Assembly (NCBI GenBank): GCA_964106915.2
Contig: OZ066922.1
Length of the DNA: 64,000 nt
Origin: Podarcis gaigeae
Taxonomy: Eukaryota
Strand: one strand, 5' to 3'
Position 1 is the first letter of the stretch. Each line of letters starts with the position of its first letter. The translations under genes and the position numbers were made by a program. A model generated the notes under the pieces. The model did not search any database. It saw only the letters and a program-made list of their open reading frames with translations, and was not told the origin of the DNA. Positions 1 to 11,934 of this stretch are shown in pieces.

Positions 1-690
1 ACCACAAAGCATTTTCCCTTCAAGCAGCAGAAAGAATTAAATGCATAGAAGTTGGTGGTGATTAAGCCCACCACCTCTTGAGTTTTCAGCTATTCTCTGT
101 CTTCAGTAATTCTATCTCAAGACTTGGCAGGCAGAGTCCAGCTTCAGAGCTCTGTCTTCCCATTAACTGGTCCAGATTGCCAACTCCTGGCTCATCAGGA
201 CATGAATCCCAATGGGAAAAAGCAATGGGTGGATCGGTCTGTTTAAAGTTGACATGAAATGGAACCAGACAAGCCCAACCATCTTTCCCCCTATAAAGCC
301 ATTCATGAAGCCAGTGTCCATAAGCTAGTCCCATCCATTTCTGTAACACCAGTCATAAGTCAATCCCATCCCATTTCTGTACCAGTCTGTTATTGCTTGT
401 TTATTGCTAGGTTTTTGCAGCATTCTGCCGATAAAAATGAGAATCAAAATGTCCCTCAAATCTTACAGGTTGTGAAGTCAGGGGGGATTTAAGTAATTCT
501 GGAGGTGGGACCAGGGGGCAAAGTGTTTGCTTGACTTGCCACTGACAGGGTTTGTGTCACCGTGATGTTTGTACTATTCTTGGACACACCAAAATAGCTA
601 GGTTTTGGGTTCATATAGTCTGGACTCTGCCCCTTTCCTGCCCAGTTGTCAGAAGCTTTTATTTCAAGAGCTGGCAACTGTACAGTTGTA

Positions 691-883
691 CAGTGGTACC
701 TTGAGTTAACAACTTAATTCATTCCGGAGGTTCATTCTTAACCTGAAACTGTTCTTAACCTGAAGCATCACTTTAGCGGCGCGATTTCTGTTCTCATCCT
801 GAAGCAAAGTTCTTAACCCGAGGTACTATGTCTGGGTTAGCGGAGTCTTTAACCTGAAGCGTCTGTAACCTGAGGTACCACTG
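691..883. mobile_element. Tc1/mariner (Tigger/pogo-like) MITE, copy 1
   Basis: TIRs CAGTGGTACCT...AGGTACCACTG with TA on both sides (689-690, 884-885); internal AACCTGAAG repeats; homologous to copies at 19606, 29638 and 53344. Confidence 0.9.
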
Positions 884-1362
884 TAAATGGAATCATACTG
901 GGAACTGGGACACTTAGGATGGCCATGTGATCAATTTATTTTATTTGTATTTATTAAGAAAGGTTTATAGGCCATTTAATCATGAGACGCAGCAAAATTA
1001 TCTGTAAAATGCAGCTAAAAGCTTCCAAACTGTTAAAAAAAGTGTACTTAAAATAATTATCAATGAAACACTGATAAAATTAGCAAAACATTAAAAAACT
1101 AAACTATATGCAGGATAGACTTGGTGAAATAAAAACAGATGTTTAAAAGAAGATAGTGAAGGTGCCTGACTAACGGCCACAGGAAGAGAGCTCTGAAGTG
1201 TAGGCATAGCAACACTAAAATATCAGCCCTTCAATAGTTACAAAATCAGAATATGACTGGTGATGACAGTGTTCAATATTACTTCTCAGTCATGGCACCA
1301 AGTAGGTGATAATGGACCAGAAGCTAATAAGACATTTTGAGCGACAGTTAGAGGGTACAGGA

Positions 1363-1535
1363 GCCATACCCAATCTGGTGTCCTTCAGATATTATGGACT
1401 GACTACAGCTCCCATTAACTCCATTCCAGTATGGGCAATGGTAATGGATGATCGGAATTATAGTCAAAAACACGGTCGTGGATTATGGGAATTGTAGTCC
1501 AAGTAATATAATGAGCAGCACGTTGGGGGAGGCTG
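1363..1535. mobile_element. Old palindromic non-autonomous DNA element (ACTACAACTCCC/GGGAGTTGTAGT type)
   Basis: gactacagctccca ... tgggaattgtagtc inverted core. The same motif recurs near 4124, 20285, 23135, 25765, 26620, 34025, 35920, 52500 and 54180. Confidence 0.55.
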
Positions 1536-2454
1536 CGGTGTAGTGATAGTGTATGTAGATCAGTAAGCACAGTCCCAATTCCTCCTCCCTTGCCGCACGC
1601 ACTCACAAGTACACCTGCAGGCATACAGGCTTATCTTCGCAAGGCTCTGGACTTTGTGAAGCACCTCACAATTAGGAGTACAACTTTCCCAGCACTGAAG
1701 GGATTGGCAAAAGAGAAGTGGAGAAATACTAACAGTTTTGTCAGCTAACATAACAAAGAACAGGAAACCTGCATTTCTAGTCTCAGAGTTAATAGTGGTG
1801 TAGCATGCATTTTGCATAATAAAGTCTGTAGTCATTGCTTTTTACACTTTCTGGAGGACCGAAGGCTGAGGCATGTAATGATTCAGCCGGGGTTGGCAGT
1901 GGATGCCACTCTTTGTTCTGCAGGTTCGTCTCCTTCTAAACATAACATACTTCAGAGACTTTGTTTTGCCTTTGCTAATCTGTCAAAGACTTACAGTGTT
2001 CAGCCGATATGAAAATGTCTCATAATGGAGAGGAAGAGCTCTTGGGATATCAAAGTGCTGCAGGGAAGAGATGTCACAGAAATGCAGAAGGTAAATAAAT
2101 TCTCCCTCTCTCCCCATCGTGAGTTCTAGTAAATATCTACAACCTGCTCTGTCAATACTAATGTTCAGAACATTTATCAAAAGATGTGATGTAATTGGGA
2201 ATACATACTGAGAATATATATTGAAAGGGGATGGGGACAAGGTTGAACTTGTTCCATATTGCAGGGAGGTTATGCAGGGAGGAAACTATTCTAATGAACA
2301 AAATAGGTGATTTGTACTTGAGCAGAACAATCTAAGCTACCTCTCACTTCGGAAAATGGATCAGTTTTCTTTCTGAAGCAATAACAAAGTTTTCCCACAC
2401 TCATGATGATGTTCTGATGATAGATGTTCAGTGCCCTTGATCTCTAAGCCTTAA

Positions 2455-2741
2455 GGTACTATCTGCACCATACAGTTAAAGCAGTATCATATCACTGTAA
2501 ACAGTTACGGCTTCCCCCAAGGACAGCTTGTTAAAGGTGCTGAGAGTTCTTAGGAGACCCCTATTCCCCTTACAAAACTACAGTTCCTACAGTTCCCTGG
2601 GAAGAGACATTGACTGTTAAACCACCCTGGAAGCTAAAGATCTGTAAGGGGAATGGTGACCTCTTAACAATTCTCCGCACCCTTTACAAACTACAATTCC
2701 CTGGTATGATACTGCTTTAAATGCATAGTGCAGATGGGGTA
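2455..2741. mobile_element. Palindromic MITE (possibly PIF/Harbinger-like)
   Basis: ~38-bp inverted arms (atctgcaccatacagttaaagcagtatcat / atgatactgctttaaatgcatagtgcagat) plus inner inverted segments; relatives at ~11728, ~15310 and ~50662. Confidence 0.7.
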
Positions 2742-4123
2742 TTCGTCACTTTAATGATGGAATGTATTTCCGAGACAATGAGAGTGACTGTAGGGGGTGG
2801 AGTGGCCTTCTTCAATCTCTCAATTTTCCATATAAAACCTGTCTAGTCTTCCTACACCTCTTGAATGTCTGGCTCTTGTTAGAACCAGCATTTCTTTGAT
2901 AGAAGGTGCTTGACACTGACAGTTTGCCAAAATTGAAATGTGATGTGAATTTAGGAGTTCTCCATCAGGTGAAATACTTGGGGAATTTTGTGAGAAGCCT
3001 AAAGAATTTGAATAAGGCCAGTAAAAATTTCTCTGGGCAGTTCTGTTGCACACACCTAATTTGATCCCATGTTTCCACCAAAGTGGAATTCAAAGAGTAT
3101 TAAAGGTATTTTGATTATTATTGTTTTTAGTTGAGAACTGCGCTGGGACATTTGTGAAGTGCAAAAGTTGGTGGATAATTAAGTTCTGATCCACACATTA
3201 GTCCAAGAGGTGCAGATCAGGTCCATTTGCATTGGCATTTCAAAGATTGACTTCTTCAAGCATCCCTAATGCAGCAAATACATATTTTTAGCTGGCAAGC
3301 AACTCCAAAAAGGCACCTTAGGCAAGTTTCCATTTGCTTTTCATGAACTCATTTTGTGGCCCTCATACATGGTTATTAGTATATTTATTATTACTAGTTT
3401 AGTAGTATATTTATATATTAGTATATAAATATATTGAGCAAATTGATCTGGTCCATTTGTAGCATACCGCCGTGTCAAAGCTTGCACTTTAATGTCATTT
3501 TGAGCTTTGGTTGATGCTGTATGGCGTTTCCTGCAATAGCAAAATCAGCCTTTCATGTCCTGTTAACATTGAAACTTTGGTGCTTAGAGCCAAAGGGTTT
3601 GGGGAAGATATTACAGCCATAACAAATTCGTGTATTTATATTCATTATGATTTAGTGTACTGCATGTACATAAAATCTTCCATGTTTATAGGGAACTCTC
3701 ACATGTTGCCTACCTGCCTACCTGCTTTGCAGAGCTACAGAAGCCATTGGCTAATCTACTGTGATGTCCTGGAACCTTCATAAACATTCTAATTTCTGGA
3801 AGTTGATTCTTCAGTCATAAAGTGTTCACTCAGGGGAATTAACAGTAGAGCTGTGCACCACTTCTGATCAAATTCCAGATCACAAACTGAATAGGGATGA
3901 TTTGGGTCAATCCAGGGGTTGCTGTGTATGGTTCAATGCAGCCCAGGATTTCCCCAGTCCACTTGGATGGACGCAGGGCTGTCAAACATAGGTGCTAGTC
4001 ACACAACTACAAGTTTAATCTGGGTTTGCAACTCTAAATAAATATCTGCTAAGCAACAAGGGGGAGTGAAAAGGAGATGCAGGCAGAAACTCTTACCTGT
4101 CCCTTCTTAAGTAAGTGTTATAG

Positions 4124-4235
4124 CAGGGATGGGGAACCTGTGGTCTTGTTGGGCTATAGCTCCCTTCATTTCTGACCATCAGCTATGATGATGGAATCTA
4201 ATAACAGCTGGAAGGCTACAGATTCCCTCTCTCTG
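4124..4235. mobile_element. Decayed hAT-like MITE
   Basis: Starts CAGGGATGGGGAACCTG and ends cagattccctctctctg (degenerate inverted ends). Confidence 0.5.
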
Positions 4236-5290
4236 TGATTTAGCATGGGAGATGTTCCATATGAGGTTTACCAGTACAATGGAAGCAACATTGTGGAAAA
4301 CGTGAATTCTGGTTTAATGATGTACTTCTCAGCAACAAATGCCAGATGTGGAGCCCTAATGAGTGGCATCTCCAGGGGTTTGTGACAGAGTTTGCCAGCT
4401 CTTTGAAACATATATTGGAGGCCATGGTGTGATAGAGACACATTTTAGGTCCTATTATTGTACCTTTTCGAGAATTGTTTGAGTCAGAAAATGGAGAAGA
4501 ATCCATTGCTATGAGGACAGCAGTGCTTTAGGTTTAGAAAGAGGTTTGCAGCACTTGTTTGCAGCCTCTCCATTTTGTCTGTCCATCCACATTTGCTTTT
4601 TCTAAAGCTATACCACTTTTCATAGCAGAACATTCCTGAAATTGCAAATCAGTTAGTTGTGACTTAACTCTCCAGCAAAACCTAGCTAATACATGGGCTG
4701 AAAACATGCTACCATTAATGTAATGAATACATTAAATGCATTTAAAAGGGTCTACTGCAAGTTGTTGTTGTTGTGTTAAAGACCATTTGTCTAGTCTGTG
4801 TGCTTAAGAGCATACAGCTTTGACAATGGCAATTGCATCAAGCTAGTAAAGAGCCATCATTTGTGTTGAGATGCTTCTGCTAAGCAAAACTGCTTTCACC
4901 TTCAAGGGCATAGTGGAATATTGCCATAGAGACCATCTATTTTTAGAAGTAACTACTGAAGAACCCCCTTGTGCTTTGTACTTCCTATTTTGTATTTATC
5001 ATGGATAAATATCACCTTAATTTTTGTGGACGTATACAGTTTGAGGCATAGGAGCTGTGCAAAGTGGGGTCATATCCTGTTCACTGCCTTACATTAATGA
5101 ACTGGGAGGATCCAACAGGTGACAGTTGTACCCAAACCTGAGGTTTCCTGGCTCAGAGTCCACAACATCTTATGTTGAGACACAGAAATACTGCAACATC
5201 AGTTATATTATTTGGTCTTAGAGATGATATGACTATATTGCTCAAATCTGGGCAGCCATCAAGTGCTGAATGCAGAGACACACTCTACAG

Positions 5291-5544
5291 CAGTGGTGTC
5301 CAAACTTTTTTCAAAGAGGGCCAGATGTGATGAAGTGAAGGGCTGTGAGGGCCGACCAAAGAGCTTTTTTTATTATTGAAATTGTAGAGCTTTTTTTAGG
5401 GTTGAAGTTTTTCAGCTTTTTTAGGGTTGAAGTTGTTGAGGGTTATTTTAGGATTTTACCCCAGGAAATGAACTGCCACAGGGGCCAGATTAAACTGACC
5501 GGTGAGCTGGATTAGACCCCCAAAATGGACTTTGGACATGGTTG
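5291..5544. mobile_element. hAT-like MITE
   Basis: Left end CAGTGGTGTCCAAAC, right end tttggacatggttg (degenerate TIR), GGGCC subterminal motifs; no clear TSD. Confidence 0.6.
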
Positions 5545-5704
5545 TAGGCTGTCCTGATAAATGTCTGGGGCAATGGATCTTTGTCAAACCAGCAACTTCC
5601 AATTTCCAAGTGGAACAGTTGGATTTGAACAGCTCTGGTTCATCTTCTCCAAGCTTGGCTTGATGATGCTCAAAGAGATCTTGATTTTTGTCAAAGCTCT
5701 ATGA

Positions 5705-5961
5705 CAGGGGTCAGCAAATTTTTTTTTCCAGCAGGGGGCCGGTCCACTGTCCCTCAGACTTTGTGAGGGGCTGGACTATATTTTGGAAAGAAAAAAAATG
5801 AACAAATTCCTATGCCCCACAAATAACCCTGAGATGCATTTTAAAGAAAAGGACACATTCTACTCATGTAAAAACACACTGATTCCTGGACTGTCTGCAG
5901 GCCAGATTTAGAAGGCGATTGGGCTGGATCCGACCCCCAGGCCTTAGTTTGTCTACCCATG
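5705..5961. mobile_element. hAT MITE with 8-bp TSD
   Basis: CAGGGGTCAGCAAA ... TTTGTCTACCCATG termini; perfect TSD CTCTATGA at 5697-5704 and 5962-5969. Confidence 0.88.
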
Positions 5962-6660
5962 CTCTATGATTTGCCAGGAAGATCAGTCAGGCCTCAAAGT
6001 ACTAAATGGGTGCCTATCCCTCTCACCTGGCACACTGTAAGCTGTTGTTCTGGGGAGCTAAGGAGTGGCAAGAGACAGCCGGCAGAGAGAGCCCTCAGTG
6101 AAGCTGTTTCCTAGTGTTCATAACCAAAACCTTCACCTGGACCCACTGGCAATTCCTGAAAGACAACTCCTCCAATTTATCCTTTGTTCATGTGTAATTG
6201 AAGTCACGTGGCTCACTCCTTGTATGAATGAACTGGATCAGGCATCAGAGCTCATTCTCTGAATAGCCCACATCGTCATTTATGGAAAGCTCGCCCAAGA
6301 GAAGATCACCAGGCACTTTCATTGCTGAGTTTTGGGCACTAGGATTAAGGCTTTTTTTATTTTTCAGGGCATTTTCATGAATAATTTGTTGACGTATTGG
6401 ACTCTGAAACATGTTGTTTAATCATTAGTTATATGCAGTTTTGGTTGTTGTTTCTATATATTATTTAAGAGGTGTATTTATTTGAAATTTATGGCTGCTC
6501 ACATGTTTGTTTTAGCATTTTCTGTTGTTTTTAACAACCTGCTTCTGTAGTTCTAGATTTATTTTATTGTTGCATTTTATTTTTATTTTGCTTGTGTTAT
6601 TGTTCATTGCTTTTATAATGTTTAAGTTTAAAAGCAGGATGCACATATATGGTGCAGTAG

Positions 6661-6720
6661 ATGTCAGAAATTTGGACAGCGCTGAACAATTTGTCAGAAA
6701 TTTGGACGGCACTGAAAATA
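6661..6720 (+). repeat. 30-bp tandem duplication
   Basis: atgtcagaaatttggacagcgctgaacaat / ttgtcagaaatttggacggcactgaaaata. Confidence 0.85.
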
Positions 6721-6895
6721 CCAGACGACTTTTGTGAATGTTCAAAAACTCATAGAGATGCATTCCCGAATGATGACACCTACCTTAGTATTGTTGCTGG
6801 CATTCCACGGCATGCGCCTGGAATGCGAGGAATACATATCTATTTTAAGACATTCCTCAGAGTTATTGGGGATTGGCAGCACTTACATGTGAATG
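6720..6895 (+). pseudogene. Possible decayed hAT transposase C-terminal dimerization-domain fragment
   Basis: Across frameshifts it reads DAFPNDDTYLSIVAGIP ... ECEEYISILRH ... KTFLR ... LHVN, in the order of the remembered hATC consensus FPN...ILATLP...CERSxSxLRRLKTxLR...LHVH. Confidence 0.4.
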
Positions 6896-6896
6896 T

Positions 6897-7177
6897 CTAC
6901 CCGGACACTGAGATCCAGCGCTGAGGGCCTTCTGGCGGTTCCCTCATTGCGAGAAGTGAGGTTACAGGGAACCAGACAGAGGGCCTTCTCGGTAGTGGCG
7001 CTCACCCTGTGGAACGCCCTCCCATCAGATGTCAAAGAGATAAATAATTACCTGACATTCAGAAGACATCTTAAGGGAAGTTTTTAATATGTAATGCTGT
7101 ACTGTTTTTAACACTGATTGGGAGCCTCCCACAGTGGCTGGGGAAACTCGGCCAGATGGGCGGAGTATAAATAATAA

Positions 7178-7227
<50 letters not shown>
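6897..7227 (+). mobile_element. L2-clade LINE 3' fragment with (TTA)n tail
   Basis: ORF2 C-terminus RTLRSSAEGLLAVP...RAFSVVALTLWNALP...FRRHLK, then a 3' UTR and (TTA)n at 7179-7227. Confidence 0.9.
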
Positions 7228-7331
7228 CATCATCATCAACTTGTGTACATTTTCTGCAACACACACACACACTGCTGAAACTAGCATCTTTTTTGATCAA
7301 ACTCCTAAGTTAGATGCCAGTCCCAAAACAT

Positions 7332-7386
7332 TTCCTTCCTTCCTTCCTTCCTTCCTTCCTTCCTTCCTTCCTTCCTTCCTTCCTTA
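7332..7386. repeat. (TTCC)n microsatellite
   Basis: Direct sequence. Confidence 0.97.
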
Positions 7387-7457
7387 TCATGCAACACTTG
7401 GATTCCTTTCAAGCTTGTTTATTTGGACTTCAGCTGTTGTTATTTATTGGGTGTATT

Positions 7458-7459
<2 letters not shown>

Positions 7460-7495
<36 letters not shown>
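7460..7495. repeat. (TC)n microsatellite
   Basis: Direct sequence. Confidence 0.97.
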
Positions 7496-7498
<3 letters not shown>

Positions 7499-8670
7499 TT
7501 ACGAAAAGTAAACTTAAAGCAACTTAAAGACCAATGCAAAGCTAAAACAAAATAAAAGCTAAAAACATTGATATGCATAAGCAGCGTAACATATCCCACC
7601 CACTGAAAGAGGCTTATCCCACTTACTCCCAAGTCATCCAACTGACTTCAATAGGAGGACACTTGGGTGAATCAAGTTCTCACCTTGTGTTCAGCGTTGA
7701 TTAGAACATTCTACCTGAATCTGATTTCTTAACTTAGAAGGCTGCGCATGCACGAGGAGAATGCTTTTGTTCCTAATTTATGGTCCATTCAGCTTGCATA
7801 ATTGTTATGTGTTGTTTCATGGTGGCTGGCAAAGCTCTCCGCAATCTCCACAATAAAATGTAATGATCTACTCTTTCCACTGCCTGTTTCTCCACCAAGC
7901 CAAGAGTACCAAGGGAGCCAATAATAAATGATCCAAACGAACTGAAATGTTAGGGAAGAGCTCAGAAAAGTTATTTTCACATTTTGTTCACCAAATAGAG
8001 CTATGACTTGTGTTAAATGCCAGCTGTGAGGTATGATTGGTCTGAATACCAAGAGAGCATAAGAGATTCATGCGCTAATGAATCAAATCCTCCCATTATA
8101 ATATAATGTGTTCCCCCCCTTTTTCTTTTTAACATGCTTCTCTTCAGCATTTTCCTCTTTTAATCATCTATAGCTCTTCCCTGCTCACATCTCACTCTCA
8201 GTCGAGACAAATATCTTCAAAGAATAGGCAATTTTCATAGCCATTAGCAACACCCAGAGTACAACTGCTGTAGCTGTTATTTTTCTATTATTGTAAAAGG
8301 GATTTAGATTAGTTACACCTTGAAATGTGTGCCCTCACTTACGTTCCAGGAAACAAGATTTGCAACTTATTTTTCTACTGATATCAAACCTTATTCTTGG
8401 TCAGTTGATGTATGTATTATATCCTCTGCTTTCGGATGCTGAGATCCTCCTTGACTTTGACTGAAATTAAGCTATATTTATACAGATGATTTTGTTTTTG
8501 GTTTTTTAAAGAGATAAGTTTATGGTTAATACTAGTGTTCTTGCAGTGTAGAATCATATAGTGATTCTTTCCCCTTAAATAGGCCTGAATGAAAAGAAAG
8601 CCATACACATAGGATTAAGGCTGTAATCCCATACACACTTACCCCCTGAACTCAGTGACACTCACATCTT

Positions 8671-9093
8671 TGGGATGGAGATGGAATTCAATTCAGTTTG
8701 TATTTAAAGATGAGCACAGCTAATTCATACTTTCTGAAACAATAATCGAACCACAGCACCAGCATCCTTAAAAATTAACATTTCTCCAAATTTGCAGTGC
8801 GGTTTTCCACAAAAATCCACATATTAGGGCAAGGTGTACATATAAATGCACATGTTAGTGAAAATAACATGCAAATTCATCATATTAGGGGAAATTGCTT
8901 GCAAAAATTTGTATATTTGTCAAAACTGCATACAAATATGTGATTATTAGGATACATTCACACTAGAATGCTGTTGAGTTTTCAAGAGGATTTTTTTTAG
9001 TCGCAAATTGCTGTAAAAAATGTGAAGACCTGAGTTTAAGACTGCAGAAACAAAAAACTGGGAGAATCAAAATGGTCAGGTTCTTCCATCCCT
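8671..9093 (+). mobile_element. Old non-autonomous DNA transposon with (TA)GGGATG...CATCCCTA ends
   Basis: Degenerate TIRs; AT-rich body (aattcaattcagttt, gcaaattgct) homologous to 38620-38950 (inverted) and to fragments at ~52780 and ~55637. Confidence 0.6.
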
Positions 9094-9757
9094 AGATCAG
9101 AGTAGACGTTCATATGACTGCTGTGTAAATCATTTGCCGGCTCAGTTCAGAAAGCATCAAGCCTCACTTAGCAGGAGAGATCAGCTCAATTTAATCAACT
9201 TTTTAACAGAATAGATGTCGTTAATAACTTTTGCCTTTACAAATCATGCCACTTGCCTTGTGAACAGCTTCAGAATTTTGGATACTGAGCTTAACTGAGC
9301 TGTCCAGAAGACTTTAAGCCTTAGCATCTGGCAGTGATGCTAATTTGTAAGTCGCCATCCACATGAGTCTAAATGTGATTTACATAATAACAACTAAAAA
9401 TAAGCTTCTGAAACAGTCAAAAAAAGGACAACTAGAGATAGGTTTGAAAACAATAAGCACCTAAGGCAGATAGACCTTTTAACCCAGCTGGGAAAGCTTG
9501 TGGAATCAGAAATATTTCTGGAAAGTACAAACAGAGAACACATGTCATATCTCAACAGGGATCCTGTTTCACAGAACAGGGGCAGCTACACTGAAAGACT
9601 TCTACACTGGTAGAATCATAGAATGATTTGTTGGTAGGGATAGTACTTTCAGCAGTAACTTGTGCTCACCATTGAGGCAGGAATCTTTGTTGGTGTCACT
9701 GAGCAGTTCTGATCAGAGGGACACCTACACCCATACAAACGTCCCTTGTTGGGCAAA

Positions 9758-9827
9758 TGATTCCTGCATTGCAAGGGGTTGGACTAGATGATCCTTGTGG
9801 TCCCTTCCAACTCTTATGATTCTATGA
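9758..9827 (+). mobile_element. CR1 LINE extreme 3' end
   Basis: ttcctgcattgcaaggggttggactagatgatcc...cccttccaactc followed by an (ATTCTATG)-type tail. Confidence 0.85.
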
Positions 9828-10313
9828 ACCACCCTCCCCCCACCCCCCCGCTCAGATCTGCTGGTCAGGGGTTTGGATTTCTCTGCCTGACATCGTTTGG
9901 ATTAAATAATCAAGTTTATTCAAACTATTTCCAAACTGAACTTAGTTTGCCCATCAAAATGGCAATGTTGTGCTGGCATATATACAGGTGGGTGAGACAA
10001 TGTCAGTGCAATGATAGGAGAGTTTGTGATAAATAGTGATAAATGTGTTGTTGTTTTTAAAAAGTCTTCCTTCCTCCTTCCCCAAGCTGGGCAAGTGCTA
10101 ATCAGGCATTGGGAAGGAGGTAGGAGAGCTCTAGGACCCTGTCAGAACCCTGGAGCCACTCTCCCAATGCCCGTCTTTGGCGCTGCAAGGTCTGATGGGA
10201 AGGTGTCAAATGACCTCATACAGGGTGGTATATGACCAAGTTCCACTCCTGTCAGTGAGGTGGCAGATTAGCAGGGCCAGAGGGCTCCAAGGATTGGCTA
10301 TTTGGGTGTAAAA

Positions 10314-10686
10314 AAGGTAAGGTAAAGAACCCTTGGACTGTTAATCCAGTCAAAGGTGACTATGGGGTTGTGGCGCTCATCGTGCTTTCAGGCCAAGGTA
10401 GCTGGTGTTTGTCCTCAGACAGCTTTCTGGGTCATGTGGCCAGTATGACTAAACCGCTTCTGGCACAACAGAACACCATGACAGAAACCAGAGAGAGCAG
10501 AAACACTGTTTACCTTCCCACCACAGCAGTACCTATTAATCTACTTGCACTGGCATGCTTTTGAACTGCTAGGTTGGCAGGAGCTGGGACAGAGCAATGG
10601 GAGCTCACCCTGTCACGGGGATTCGAACTACCGACCTTCTGATCAGCAAGCCCAAGAGGCTCAGTGGTTTAGACCACAGCTCTACC
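10314..10686 (-). mobile_element. Sauria SINE (near full length)
   Basis: Reverse-complemented (ACCTTT)n tail at left, typical body (ggtcatgtggccagtatgactaaa, ctacttgcac, tttgaactgctaggttggcagg), tRNA-like head at right. Confidence 0.9.
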
Positions 10687-10866
10687 TATGTGTGCATGTG
10701 GGGATTGGCACGTGCCCCACAATACTGATCCCCTGACACTCACTCTTAGTGTGTCAGTTGTTCATTCTAAACAAGGAATAAGTTTAGTCACAATATTTAA
10801 TCATGAAATAACAGAAACAATGGATAAATGAGCCCATAAATAAGAGAATGGCAGCAAGGAGAGTCC

Positions 10867-11012
10867 ATGTGGTGTAGTGGTTAGAGTGCTGGATTAGGAT
10901 GTAGCAGGCCTGGGTTCAAATCCTCACTCACCCATGTAGCTCACTGAGTGACCTTGGGACAGTCAGGATCTCTTAGCCTAACCTATATCACAAAGTTGTT
11001 TTGATGATTAAA
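10867..11012 (+). mobile_element. Old tRNA-derived CORE-type SINE
   Basis: A box TGGTGTAGTGG, B box GGTTCAAATCC, CORE-like gtgaccttggg...agtca...agcctaacct. Confidence 0.75.
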
Positions 11013-11727
11013 GGATAGGATACAAGCATAATAATAAATAACATTAAAATATGGGAGTTGGGAGGGGGAAGGTTTTGTAAACTATCTTGATCAGCTTTAA
11101 AAACCACAATCCATATATTCCGAAGGAAGTATATTCATCTGATGAATATACCTGCTGTAACAACAACCAGAAGGCAAATGATATCAAAGTCTACAGATAA
11201 ATGTGCTGATTGACTGCTTCAAAACTAAGGGATTGGGGGAATGACAAATTCTATCATCTACCCAAAATATATCTATAAAAGCCTCTTTTGCTGTTTACTT
11301 AAAACACACAAATGCTCACTCACACACATCCTTCTGCTTAAGGGGAGAATAGGAAAGCAATACTCAGTCAGTGCTGACAGCAGAGACTCTAACAAATGGC
11401 AGTGGTCTTTCTTGTCAACACAGATCTCGCTTGCAACAGGGAGATAAAGTTCTGCTCAGAAACCTGAAGCACCAGCTGCAAAAGAGATATAAGCTGCCTG
11501 GCTGTGTCTCGACCGAGGGCGGAGGGAGGAAATTGAATCCGCTGTACTTTGTGACAAACAAGCGCACCACCATTAACTAATGACATGGCAGATAAAATAA
11601 ATGGAGGTGCTAACTGTAATGTGTTTGGGATCTGAAAATAAGCTGTTAGGATTAGGGAGGGGAGGTGTCAGGACTTGTCTCTGCAATAGGTCTTGAGTGA
11701 GTTTCCTGAAGGATGTTGTGGACGCAG

Positions 11728-11934
11728 GTCACATCCATCCCATTCGTTTAAAGCACTCCTATGCCCCTTTAACAGTCATGGAGAATCCAGGGGACTGTAG
11801 TATGTTAAGGAGGCTGGGAACTGTAGTTCTGTGATACTGGCACCTTTAGCAAACTACAATTCTCAGGACTCTCTGGGGGAAGTAATGACTATTAAAATGG
11901 TATAAGAGTGCTTTAAATGGATGGTGTGGTTGTG
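11728..11934. mobile_element. Palindromic MITE (same family as 2455-2741); the RTE target site lies at its end
   Basis: tttaaagcactc ... gagtgctttaaa inverted arms; gggaactgtagtt/aactacaattc core. Confidence 0.6.
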
